From Pseudoxanthomonas sp. (GTDB lineage: Bacteria > Pseudomonadota > Gammaproteobacteria > Xanthomonadales > Xanthomonadaceae), in NCBI RefSeq assembly GCF_036845285.1, contig NZ_DAIUEE010000003.1:191697-223696 (forward strand): a stretch of DNA of 32,000 nt. Direction: 5' to 3'. The notes under the pieces were generated by a model. It made no database searches. It was not told where the DNA came from and worked only from the letters and a program-made list of their open reading frames with translations. This document shows positions 17,971 to 26,565 of this stretch, piece by piece (the stretch's first letter is position 1; each line of letters opens with the position of its first letter). Both the position numbers and the translations under genes were made by a program.

Positions 17971-19002
17971 ATGGCCACTCCGTCCCCCGTGTTGAGTCCC
18001 CTCGACACCCTCTGGCAGGCCCGAACCCTGGTGTGGGTGCTATTGGCTGGGGAGGCACTGGCCGCGATCCTGGCGATCACCCCGGGCCGAGAAGGCGATC
18101 GCCTGACCTACTTCGGCGTAGCCTCGCTCGCAATCCAGTGGATCGTGTTGACCTCGCTGGGCTTGCTGTATCTGCTGCGCCTGCGGCTTTCTCGGACCAG
18201 CCCGCCTTTCGTCGCTCAGGTCGGTCTTGGCGCGCTGCTGGCCAGCACTTGGATCGTGCTGCTGGCCGGCTGGCTGGCGCTGCGGGACCTCATGCCGCCG
18301 CCCGAAGGCGGCTGGTTGACGCTTTCGCTGCGCATCACTGCCATTGCCCTGATCATGGGCGCGCTGGGGTTGGGGGCATTCCAAGCGCAGTGGCGAGCGA
18401 GGCAGTTGGCGGTGGCGGCCGAGCACGCCAAGCTGCAGGCCCTGCAGGCGCGTATCCAGCCGCATTTCCTCTTCAATACGCTCAACACCGGCATTTCACT
18501 GCTGCATGCGAAGCCAGACCTGGCGGAGCAGTTGCTGCTGGACCTGTCGGACCTGTTCCGGGCAGCGCTGTCACAGCGTGATTCCATCCCGCTGAAGGAG
18601 GATCTGTCGCTGGCGCGCCGCTATCTGGAAATCGAGCAGCTTCGCCTGGGAGACCGCCTCAGCCTGCAGTGGGAGGTTCCCGATGAGCTTCCGGCGCTGC
18701 AGGTCCCTACGCTGTCCATCCAGCCGCTGGCGGAGAACGCCATTCGCCATGGCATCGAACCTTCGACATCCGGCGGCGAAGTCAGCATCCGCGTCGGAAT
18801 AGCCGGCAGCTACCTGCAGATATCCGTGACCAACACCTTGCCTCCCGCATCGGCGCGGCCCGCCCCGGGCCACCAGGTCGGCCTGAGTTCGGTGCGGGCG
18901 CGCATCCACGCGGCGACCCAGGGCGACGGACGCGTGGACACGCAAACTGCAGACGGCGTCTACTCCGCCGTCATCCACCTGCCCCTCGATTCGTCGCGCT
19001 AG
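17971..19002 (+). CDS. LytS/AlgZ(FimS)-type sensor histidine kinase (His_kinase/HATPase_c_5 type)
   Basis: 343-aa ORF with about four N-terminal TM helices. It has an H-box RIQPHFLFNTLN, an N-box PLAENAIRHGIEP and a G-box-like GHQVGLSSVRARI. It is divergent from fimU and no response regulator follows. Confidence 0.8.
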   Translation: MATPSPVLSPLDTLWQARTLVWVLLAGEALAAILAITPGREGDRLTYFGVASLAIQWIVLTSLGLLYLLRLRLSRTSPPFVAQVGLGALLASTWIVLLAGWLALRDLMPPPEGGWLTLSLRITAIALIMGALGLGAFQAQWRARQLAVAAEHAKLQALQARIQPHFLFNTLNTGISLLHAKPDLAEQLLLDLSDLFRAALSQRDSIPLKEDLSLARRYLEIEQLRLGDRLSLQWEVPDELPALQVPTLSIQPLAENAIRHGIEPSTSGGEVSIRVGIAGSYLQISVTNTLPPASARPAPGHQVGLSSVRARIHAATQGDGRVDTQTADGVYSAVIHLPLDSSR

Positions 19003-19010
19003 CGCATGCC

Positions 19011-20393
19011 TCAGGTCACCACGCGATAGCAGGGCCTGTATTCGCCCGCGATCTTCATCCGGCGCTGCTCGACGAAAGCGCGCAGCAATTCGTCCAGCGC
19101 CTGCATCATCGCGGCATCGCCATGGATCTCGAACGGACCGAATTCCTCGATGCGGCGCATGCCGTCTTCCTTGACGTTGCCGGCAACGATGCCGGAGAAC
19201 GCGCGGCGCAGGTCTGCGGCGAGATCATGCACGGCGCGTCCCGGGCGCAGCTGCAACGCCGCCATCGCTTCATGCGACGGAATGAACGGCTGCTGGTAGT
19301 CCTCCGGAATCTGGATGGCCCAGTTGAAGAAGAACGAATCCTTGTGCTCGATCCGGTTCTCCCGCACGCGGCGGATGCCGGCGCCCATCTTCTTGGCCAC
19401 CGCCACCGGGTCGCCGATGATGATCTCGTAGCGTTCGGCCGCGGCGTCGCCCAGCGTCAGGCGGATGAAGCGGTCGATCTGTTCGAAGTAAGGCGCCGCG
19501 ATGGTCGGCCCCGTCAGGATCAGCGGGAACGGCAGGTGCGCGTTGTCCGGATGCAGCAGGATGCCGAGCAGGTACAGGATCTCTTCCGCCGTACCCACGC
19601 CACCCGGGAACACGATGATGCCGTGGCCGATGCGGACGAAGGCCTCCAGGCGCTTCTCGATATCCGGCATGATGACCAGGTGGTTGACGATCGGGTTCGG
19701 CGACTCGGCCGCGATGATGCCCGGCTCGGTCACGCCGATGTAGCGCGTCTTCGCACGGCGCTGCTTGGCATGCGCAATGGTCGCGCCCTTCATCGGCCCC
19801 TTCATCGCGCCCGGGCCGCAGCCCGTGCAGATGTCCAGGCCACGCAGGCCCAGCTCGTAGCCGACCTGCTTGGTATAGAGGTACTCGTCGCGCGAGATCG
19901 AATGACCACCCCAGCACACGACCAGGTTGGGATCGCTGGGCTTGAGGATGCGTGCGTTGCGCAGCAGGCCGAACACCGCATTGGTGATGCCGGCGGACGA
20001 TTCCAGGTCGGCCGCGTATTCCGGACCGAGTTCGATGGCGGTGTATGCCAGGTCGCGCACCACCGCGAACAGCAGCTCCGCGATGCCGCGGATGATCTCG
20101 CCATCGACGAAGGCCATCGCAGGCGCGTTGATCAGGTCGATGCGCACGCCGCGGTCCTGTTGCAGGACCTGGATGTCGAAGCCGGGGTAGAGATCGCGCG
20201 CCGCGCGCGGATCGTCGGACGCGCTGCCGCTGGTCAGCACGGCCAGCGCGCAACGGCGCAGCAGTTCGTGCATGCCGCCGCTGGACGCATCACGCAGGCG
20301 CGCCACTTCGGCGCGGGAAAGTACGTCCAGGCCACCGCGCGGGTAGATCCGCGCGTCCTGCACCGGCAACGCCCTCGATGCCGTTTGATTCAT
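19011..20393 (-). CDS. ppnN: Pyrimidine/purine nucleotide 5'-monophosphate nucleosidase PpnN (YgdH, LOG family)
   Basis: Collinear with E. coli PpnN as I recall it (VVCWGGHSI, CTGCGPGAMKGPMKGA, MPDIEKRLEAFVR, FPGGVGTAEE, ADLRRAFSGIVAGNVKE). I prefer the ATG at 20393 (MNQTASR...), which has AGGAA 6 nt upstream, over the track start at 20408. Confidence 0.9.
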   Translation of the reverse strand: MNQTASRALPVQDARIYPRGGLDVLSRAEVARLRDASSGGMHELLRRCALAVLTSGSASDDPRAARDLYPGFDIQVLQQDRGVRIDLINAPAMAFVDGEIIRGIAELLFAVVRDLAYTAIELGPEYAADLESSAGITNAVFGLLRNARILKPSDPNLVVCWGGHSISRDEYLYTKQVGYELGLRGLDICTGCGPGAMKGPMKGATIAHAKQRRAKTRYIGVTEPGIIAAESPNPIVNHLVIMPDIEKRLEAFVRIGHGIIVFPGGVGTAEEILYLLGILLHPDNAHLPFPLILTGPTIAAPYFEQIDRFIRLTLGDAAAERYEIIIGDPVAVAKKMGAGIRRVRENRIEHKDSFFFNWAIQIPEDYQQPFIPSHEAMAALQLRPGRAVHDLAADLRRAFSGIVAGNVKEDGMRRIEEFGPFEIHGDAAMMQALDELLRAFVEQRRMKIAGEYRPCYRVVT

Positions 20394-20461
20394 GGGAATT
20401 CCTGTCATTCATTCGTCAGAGGCGGGACTTTAGCGCAGTCGCGGAGGCAAGAGGAGTCCGG

Positions 20462-20494
20462 CCAAAAGAAAACGGCCGGGTTGCCCCGGCCGTT
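20462..20494 (-). terminator. Intrinsic terminator downstream of the TonB-dependent receptor
   Basis: The minus strand reads AACGGCCGGG-GCAA-CCCGGCCGTT followed by TTCTTTTGG, starting about 30 nt after the receptor stop. Confidence 0.75.
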
Positions 20495-20523
20495 CCTACG
20501 GTACTGGCACCGAGTCCCTTGGA

Positions 20524-23500
20524 TCAGAACTCGTAGCGGAACGTCACCTGCGCCGCCCAGCGCGATACACCTGTATTCACACCGTCGCCGTTGACTTCCT
20601 GGACCTGGAAATCCTGCGCACCAGTGAAGTGGTAGGCGTACTTGCCTTCCGAACCCGCAGGGCATACACCGCTGTTGATGGAGGCGATGTTGCAGATGCC
20701 CGCGAAATTGGCCACGGCCAGATTGGAGTTGAAGCCAGCGTCCTCGATAAGGCCCCACTTCTTGTTCAACAGATTGCCGACGTTCATAACGTCCAGTGTC
20801 AGCGACGACTTGTGTCCCTTCCAAAAGCCCGGAAGTTCCTGGCTGACGCGCAGGTCGAAACTGTTGGTCCAACCGGCGCGGAACTCGTTGGCAGGCGCGT
20901 AGCTGCCGGCATACCGCTGGAGCTCCGGATGCTTGGCGAGCCACTCGAAGAACGCTGCCTCCTGCTGTGCACCGGTAGTGGTGACGCCATTCTGGGTGAG
21001 GTTGGTGAACACCACGTCTCCTGGACCCTTCGGCACGTAGAACAGGTCGTTGAACGTGCGGCTGTCGCCATTGGCGTCGTTCCAGAAGACGTAGCTGAAT
21101 GGACGGCCGCTACGGCCTTCATAGAACACGGAGGCCGTAGTCGCGTAGTCGCCGAAGAACGCCTTCTTGAAGGTCAGGGCTCCGCTGATGCGGTCCTTGA
21201 TGGCATAGCGCGAATTGACCAGCGCGTCCTCGTTGGCGTTGAACATCGGGTTGTTGTTCCAGTTCGACGTGTTCTGCGAGCTGGTCAATGGGCTGACTTC
21301 CTTGGCCGCCGTGTAGGTGTAGCCCACCATCCACGACCAGTTTTCGGCCATGGGTTTCTCGAGGCTCACGGTGAACTGCTGGCTGTGCCCCTTGTCGGTG
21401 TTGCGCAGCAGCATGACGTCACCCACATAAGAGCGACGATTGAAGCGCTGCGTACCACCCGTCGCGGAGCTAAGGCTGGTCAACCAGCGCGCCGCATCCA
21501 GACCGTTGTTGTTCCAGTACATGACGCGGCCATCCGGACCCACGGTGCTGTTCGGCGCACCCAGATCCAGGCGTTCCAGGTAGATCGCGTCCTTGACCTT
21601 GGTCAACAGCAACTCCGCAGAAGCAACCAGGCCGTACCAGGGCAGTTCGTGGTCGAACGCCAGGTTCGCCTTCCAGACGGACGGCTGGTCCAGGTCGGGA
21701 TGGATGATGTCCACGTTCTGACGCGGCGTACCTGTCGCGAAGTTGGTGGGCTGATTGTCCGGATCCGGGCTGAAGATCGGACCGATGCCGGTGCTGTTGC
21801 GGATCGAGTATTCGACGTACTGGCGACCGGTGTTCTGGTAAGCGCCGGACAGCCACACATTCGGGGCCGCACCCATGAACAGACCCACGCCACCACGCAA
21901 CTGGGTGGGGCGATCACTGTCGAACGTGTAGTTGAATCCGAAGCGCGGCTGCCACAGGATGCCGTCGATTAGCTGGCGATTGTTGTAGCCGAACCCTCCG
22001 AAGTTGCAGCCAACAGGGCCAGTGCCGGCCGGATTTGGCGCCGAGGAGATGCACTCGTTGTAGATCGGCTCGCTACCGAAGGACGGCTTGTCGCCGCGCA
22101 CGCCGAACAGCAGGCTCAGGTTGTAGTTGACCGCCCACGTGTCCTGCGCGAAGAAGCCGGTGTTCTTGATGGTGAACTCCGCGGGGATGTCGGCGTAGCT
22201 ACCACCCGGTAGCGGGGCGCGATAGTCGTATTCGCTGGGATTGCCGGAGATGAAGTTCGCCAAGCTGGTGAAACGATAGTAGCCGTTCTGGTTGCGGCCG
22301 TAATAGTTGAAGATGTCGTTCTCGGCGTAGTCGACGCCGAACTTGAAGGTGTGGTCGCCTACGAACCAGTTGCCTGCGAAGAACAGACTGTTCTCCTTGG
22401 TCTTGATCACGTTGACGTGACGGTTCTGCTCTGTACCCAGAAGCACCTGATTGTTGCCGAAGTCGATGCGGATGTGTGGCAGGCGCGAGGTGGGTTCGGC
22501 GATCGCGTCGTACTCGCGGCGCGACACCTTCACTTCCGTGGAGAAATTTTCGGACCAGTCACTGAACAACTGGGCGACAGTGCTCTCGAAGGTCTTGTTC
22601 TGGTTGTACCAGTGCGAGCTCAGCGAGATGGCGCTATTCCAACTGCTTGGCGGCAGCTTGGCGACATCCTGAGTCAATTTGCTGTAACGGATGTTGGCGC
22701 GATGGTTGTCGCTGATGTTCCAGTCCAGCTTGACCGCGTACTCCTCGATATCGGTATCGAGCGATTCGGCGCCGAGCAGCGAGCCGGCATCGAAGCCCCA
22801 CGTCTGCGCGGCGGTCTGGATGGCGGCGATGTTGGCATCGGTGATCTGACCACGGCCGTAGGGCGTATTCTCCAGATCCGGTCCCGGCGCACCACGCTTG
22901 AACTTCTCATAATTGGCGAAGAAGAACAGCTTGTCCTTTACCAGCGGACCACCCAGCGTGAAACCGTAGGTCTCTTCCTTGTTGAAACCGGTGAACGGGT
23001 TGCCATTGCGGTCGTCGCCGACCATGTCGTCGCTGCGGTACACGCCGTACAGCGAACCGTGGAACTCGTTGGTGCCCGACTTGGTAACGGCATTGACGAC
23101 CGCACCGGTTCCGCCGGTGGTCGTGACGTCGTAGTTGGCCAGATCGATCTTAACTTCCTCGATGGCGTCGATAGACACCGGCTGACGCTCCGTCGGCAGG
23201 TTGTTCGACTCCAGACCGAACGGATCGTTGGTGCTCACACCGTCAATGCGGATCGCGTTGTAGCGGGTGTTCTGACCACCGGCCGAGATCGCGCCGTCCG
23301 CCTTGCTGATCTGCGACACGCGCGGATCCATTCGCATGATGTCCTGGATGTTGCGACCAATCGACGGCGCGGCGGCGATCGCCTCGCGCGATACGGTTGT
23401 ACCCGTGCCCATCTTGGTGGAACTGAATACGTCCGACCCGCCAGAGAATCCGACCGCCGTGACGGTCTCCAGCGTCGTCATGTCACCCGCCAGAGCGGCG

Positions 23501-23832
23501 TTGACAGTATTCACCTGGTTGAGGTTCAGGAAGACGCCATCTTCGGTCTTGGTGCCCGATCCGGCCTTGGTCACGACGATCTGGTAAGGACCGCCCACGC
23601 GCAGGCCGCGCGCGTTGTAACGGCCGCTGCCGTCGGTGGTGGCGCGGCTGACCGTGCCGGATTCGACGTGGGTGATGGTCACCTCGGCGCCGGCGACGGG
23701 CTGGCCGCCATTGTCGGTGACTAGGCCGCCCACACCAGCCGACGTGCTCTGCGCGAAGGCGGGAGCGGCGGCGAGCGCGACGACGAGGCCAAGGCTGAGC
23801 TTGGACAGGCGAAGACGACGGGTTTGGTTCAT
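20524..23832 (-). CDS. TonB-dependent receptor, Oar-like, with an N-terminal carboxypeptidase-regulatory-like domain
   Basis: 1102-aa ORF with a signal peptide (...ALAAAPAFAQS). It has a CarbopepD_reg-like segment (GGLVTDNGGQPVAGAEVTITHVESGTVSRATTDGSGRYNARGLRVGGPY), a TonB-box/plug region (TLETVTAVGF...), a long beta-barrel and a C-terminal ...VTFRYEF. Confidence 0.85.
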   Translation of the reverse strand: MNQTRRLRLSKLSLGLVVALAAAPAFAQSTSAGVGGLVTDNGGQPVAGAEVTITHVESGTVSRATTDGSGRYNARGLRVGGPYQIVVTKAGSGTKTEDGVFLNLNQVNTVNAALAGDMTTLETVTAVGFSGGSDVFSSTKMGTGTTVSREAIAAAPSIGRNIQDIMRMDPRVSQISKADGAISAGGQNTRYNAIRIDGVSTNDPFGLESNNLPTERQPVSIDAIEEVKIDLANYDVTTTGGTGAVVNAVTKSGTNEFHGSLYGVYRSDDMVGDDRNGNPFTGFNKEETYGFTLGGPLVKDKLFFFANYEKFKRGAPGPDLENTPYGRGQITDANIAAIQTAAQTWGFDAGSLLGAESLDTDIEEYAVKLDWNISDNHRANIRYSKLTQDVAKLPPSSWNSAISLSSHWYNQNKTFESTVAQLFSDWSENFSTEVKVSRREYDAIAEPTSRLPHIRIDFGNNQVLLGTEQNRHVNVIKTKENSLFFAGNWFVGDHTFKFGVDYAENDIFNYYGRNQNGYYRFTSLANFISGNPSEYDYRAPLPGGSYADIPAEFTIKNTGFFAQDTWAVNYNLSLLFGVRGDKPSFGSEPIYNECISSAPNPAGTGPVGCNFGGFGYNNRQLIDGILWQPRFGFNYTFDSDRPTQLRGGVGLFMGAAPNVWLSGAYQNTGRQYVEYSIRNSTGIGPIFSPDPDNQPTNFATGTPRQNVDIIHPDLDQPSVWKANLAFDHELPWYGLVASAELLLTKVKDAIYLERLDLGAPNSTVGPDGRVMYWNNNGLDAARWLTSLSSATGGTQRFNRRSYVGDVMLLRNTDKGHSQQFTVSLEKPMAENWSWMVGYTYTAAKEVSPLTSSQNTSNWNNNPMFNANEDALVNSRYAIKDRISGALTFKKAFFGDYATTASVFYEGRSGRPFSYVFWNDANGDSRTFNDLFYVPKGPGDVVFTNLTQNGVTTTGAQQEAAFFEWLAKHPELQRYAGSYAPANEFRAGWTNSFDLRVSQELPGFWKGHKSSLTLDVMNVGNLLNKKWGLIEDAGFNSNLAVANFAGICNIASINSGVCPAGSEGKYAYHFTGAQDFQVQEVNGDGVNTGVSRWAAQVTFRYEF

Positions 23833-24096
23833 CGGATAAACCTCAGGTACGGGAGTGATGTGGCGAAGCTGGCTGACGGACGTGCGCGGAAGCGACCCGG
23901 AAGGTCGTTTCGAAAGGCGTGCTAGGGGTTCCCATGGCCCACGCGACGTCCGCGGAGGTTAATAACAGGTTAACACGATAGGACCAATTTGTGACCGCGG
24001 CATGACAAAATTTCCGCAGTGCAGCACAGCCTGGAGGTCACCGACGCGGAAGTCCTTGCACGACGATCCAGCCGCCCCGCGGCCCGTCCCGTTCGG

Positions 24097-24699
24097 TCAG
24101 ATATTGGGCGGCGCGAGCTTCAGGTACGTACCGATGCCGTCCAGCACCATTTGCACGGAAATGGCGACCAGAAGCATGCCCATTAGCCGCTCGATCGCGG
24201 TCAGTACGCGCCGGCCCAGCCACTTGTAGAGGACCGTGGCCGAGAAGAGGATGACCGCCGTGGCACTCCACGCCAGCAGCAGCGCCAGGCTCCAGTCGCC
24301 CAGGCGGGAAGGGTCGTTGCTGCCCATCAGCATGACCGCCGCCATGCCTGACGGTCCGGCCACCAGCGGGATGGCCAGCGGCACGATGAAAGGCTCGCCG
24401 CCCGGCATCTCGCCCATCAAGCCCTCCGGCCGCGGGAAGATCATCCGCACACCGATCAGGAACAACACGATGCCGCCGGCGATGGCCACGGACTCCTGCC
24501 GCAGGTGCATCATTTCCAGGGCGTACTTGCCGCCCCAGAGGAACAGCATCAGCACCGCCAATGCGATCAGCAGCTCGCGCACCACCACGATGCGCTGGCG
24601 ACGCGGCGCCAGTGGCTTGAGCACGCTGAGGAACACCGGGATGTTGCCCAGCGGGTCCAGGATCAGGAACAGCAGCAAGGCCGCCGACAGCACCGTCAT
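24097..24699 (-). CDS. MarC-family (UPF0056/NAAT) integral membrane protein
   Basis: The last 200 aa of track ORF 24097..25488 read MTVLSAALLLFLILDPLGNIPVFLSVLK..., with multiple TM helices and the MarC-family N-terminal motif. The ATG at 24699 forms an ATGA overlap with the SDR stop. Confidence 0.8.
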   Translation of the reverse strand: MTVLSAALLLFLILDPLGNIPVFLSVLKPLAPRRQRIVVVRELLIALAVLMLFLWGGKYALEMMHLRQESVAIAGGIVLFLIGVRMIFPRPEGLMGEMPGGEPFIVPLAIPLVAGPSGMAAVMLMGSNDPSRLGDWSLALLLAWSATAVILFSATVLYKWLGRRVLTAIERLMGMLLVAISVQMVLDGIGTYLKLAPPNI

Positions 24700-25442
24700 G
24701 CCCGCACCTTCCATATCTGCCCCCTGTGCGTGGCGCCCGCAGATGACAGCAGGGTGACACAGGCCGCCGCATAGTCGGCGGCTTCGCGTGCCAGGGTATC
24801 GGTATCGTCGGCGTAGGCCCGCGAACGCAACCCGGTACGCATCGGCCCCGGCTGCAGTGCGGAAACCCGCACGCTGCTGGCGGCCACCTCGGCGTGCAGC
24901 ATGCCTACCAGCGAGGTGAGCCCGTGCTGCGCAACGCCATAGGCGCCCCAGTAGGCCTGCCCGACCCGCGCAAGGTCGTCGACGCTGAAGACCAACGCCG
25001 CGTCGTCCGATTGCTTGAGCAGCGGCAGGCAGGCCTGCGAAAGCCACCATGGCGCGGTGAGATTGACGTGCACGACGCGCGCGAATGCGGCCGGGTCGGT
25101 ATGTTCGAGCGGCGTCAGCCCCTTGAACTCGGCCGCGCAGTGCAGCACGCCGTCCAGGCGGCCCAGTTCGGCATGCAGGCGATCGACGAGCTCGGCGTAG
25201 TCGTCCGGCGTGGCGCCCTCGAGGTCGAGCGGATACAGCAGCGGCTCGGCACCGACCTTCGCGACCGCGTCGTACACCCGGTTCAACTTCGGCACCTTGC
25301 GGCCCAGCAGCACGACGGTCGCGCCCGCCTCCGCGCAGGCGACTGCGGCGGCACTGCCAAGGCCGCCATGCGCACCGCTGACCAGGACGACGCGCTGGTC
25401 CAGCACGCGCGGGGCGCGCATCGGCAGTCCGACCAGGCTCAC
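24696..25442 (-). CDS. YciK-like short-chain dehydrogenase/reductase with a non-canonical catalytic motif
   Basis: 248-aa ORF with a Rossmann motif VLVSGAHGGLG. It is collinear with E. coli YciK as I recall it (LDGVLH.A, VNL/VNA, LLK(S/Q)SD..(S/A)LVF, WGAY). The YxxxK motif reads YGVAQ. The start is either the GTG at 25442 (GTGA overlap with the grxD stop) or the ATG at 25421. Confidence 0.8.
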   Translation of the reverse strand: MSLVGLPMRAPRVLDQRVVLVSGAHGGLGSAAAVACAEAGATVVLLGRKVPKLNRVYDAVAKVGAEPLLYPLDLEGATPDDYAELVDRLHAELGRLDGVLHCAAEFKGLTPLEHTDPAAFARVVHVNLTAPWWLSQACLPLLKQSDDAALVFSVDDLARVGQAYWGAYGVAQHGLTSLVGMLHAEVAASSVRVSALQPGPMRTGLRSRAYADDTDTLAREAADYAAACVTLLSSAGATHRGQIWKVRA

Positions 25443-25759
25443 GGCGCGAACGCCTCCGCCACGATGCGCTGGAGTTCGCCGGACTCATGCAGTTCCAGCG
25501 TGATGTCGCAGCCGCCGATCAGCTCGCCGTTGATGAAAAGCTGCGGGAACGTCGGCCAGTTGGAGAAACGCGGCAGGTTGGCGCGGATCTCCGGCTCTTC
25601 CAGCACGTTGATGGTGTAGAGATGTTCGGCGCCCGCTTCGCGCAATGCCTGCATGGCCCGACTGGAGAAACCACACATCGGGAACTGCGGCGTGCCCTTC
25701 ATGAAAAGGACGATCGGGTGGCCATCCACTTCGGCCTGGATGCGTTCCATCACCGGCAT
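25439..25759 (-). CDS. grxD: Monothiol glutaredoxin Grx4 (CGFS type)
   Basis: 106 aa, MPVMERIQAEVDGHPIVLFMKGTPQFPMCGFSSRAMQAL...WPTFPQLFINGELIGGCD. AAGGAG lies 8 nt upstream of the ATG at 25759. The track ORF extending to 26398 is an antisense artefact over sodB. Confidence 0.9.
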   Translation of the reverse strand: MPVMERIQAEVDGHPIVLFMKGTPQFPMCGFSSRAMQALREAGAEHLYTINVLEEPEIRANLPRFSNWPTFPQLFINGELIGGCDITLELHESGELQRIVAEAFAP

Positions 25760-25915
25760 GCTGATTTCTCCTTCCTTGACGGTTTGACAACCACCGTCGG
25801 GTACACTTTCGGTCCGTTCCGCCGGCCACGCCTGCGGATTGCATAGTGTAAGCCTTTGCATCGCCCGCCGATGCCGGCATACCCCTTTGACCCGCCTAGC
25901 GTAAGGAACCAAGCC

Positions 25916-26494
25916 ATGGCCATCGAACTGCCCCCCCTGCCCTACGACCGCACCGCACTGGAACCGCACATCTCCGGTGAAACCATCGACTTCCACTACG
26001 GCAAGCACCACAAGACCTACGTCGACAACCTCAACAAGCTGATCGAAGGCACCGAGTTCGCCGACGCGTCGCTGGAAGAGATCGTGCGCAAGTCGCAGGG
26101 CGGCATGTTCAACAATGCCGCGCAGGTCTGGAACCACACCTTCTACTGGAACTGCCTGAAGCCCAATGGCGGCGGTGAGCCGACCGGCAAGCTGGGCGAA
26201 CTGATCAACAAGGCCTTCGGCGATTTCGCCAAGTTCAAGGAAGAGTTCACCAAGACCGCCATCGGCACCTTCGGCTCCGGCTGGGGCTGGCTGGTGCAGC
26301 GCCCGGACGGTTCGCTGGCCCTGGCCAGCACCTCCAACGCCGCCACCCCGCTGACCGGCGAGGACAAGCCGCTGCTGACCATCGACGTGTGGGAACACGC
26401 CTACTACATCGACTACCGCAACGCCCGCCCGAAGTACGTGGAATCGTTCTGGGCGCTGGTGAACTGGGACTTCGTGGCCGGCAACCTGCGCTGA
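25916..26494 (+). CDS. sodB: Superoxide dismutase [Fe]
   Basis: 192 aa from [32 protein letters not shown], with [11 protein letters not shown] and [20 protein letters not shown] lies upstream of the ATG at 25916. The track ORF starts 60 nt earlier. Confidence 0.93.
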   Translation: MAIELPPLPYDRTALEPHISGETIDFHYGKHHKTYVDNLNKLIEGTEFADASLEEIVRKSQGGMFNNAAQVWNHTFYWNCLKPNGGGEPTGKLGELINKAFGDFAKFKEEFTKTAIGTFGSGWGWLVQRPDGSLALASTSNAATPLTGEDKPLLTIDVWEHAYYIDYRNARPKYVESFWALVNWDFVAGNLR

Positions 26495-26518
26495 GCAACG
26501 TCCTCCGCGTCATAGTGA

Positions 26519-26549
26519 AACGGCCGGGGAAACCCGGCCGTTTTCTTTT
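26519..26549 (+). terminator. Intrinsic terminator downstream of sodB, in the convergent gap with purK
   Basis: AACGGCCGGG-GAAA-CCCGGCCGTT followed by TTCTTTTCC. That is a 10-bp stem, a GNRA tetraloop and a T-rich tail, 25 nt after the sodB stop. Confidence 0.8.
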
Positions 26550-26565
26550 CCCTGCCCTTTCCGCG

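Noticed and set aside
24700-25488. The extension of the MarC-family ORF to 463 aa, overlapping the SDR gene in another frame.
   Set aside because: The extension is Arg/Ala/Gly-rich with no membrane or domain features. The MarC-family sequence begins at MTVLSAALL, with an ATGA junction to the SDR stop.
25760-26398. The extension of the grxD ORF to 319 aa on the minus strand across sodB.
   Set aside because: The conserved Grx4 sequence starts at the ATG at 25759, which has an AAGGAG SD. The extension is antisense to sodB and low in complexity.
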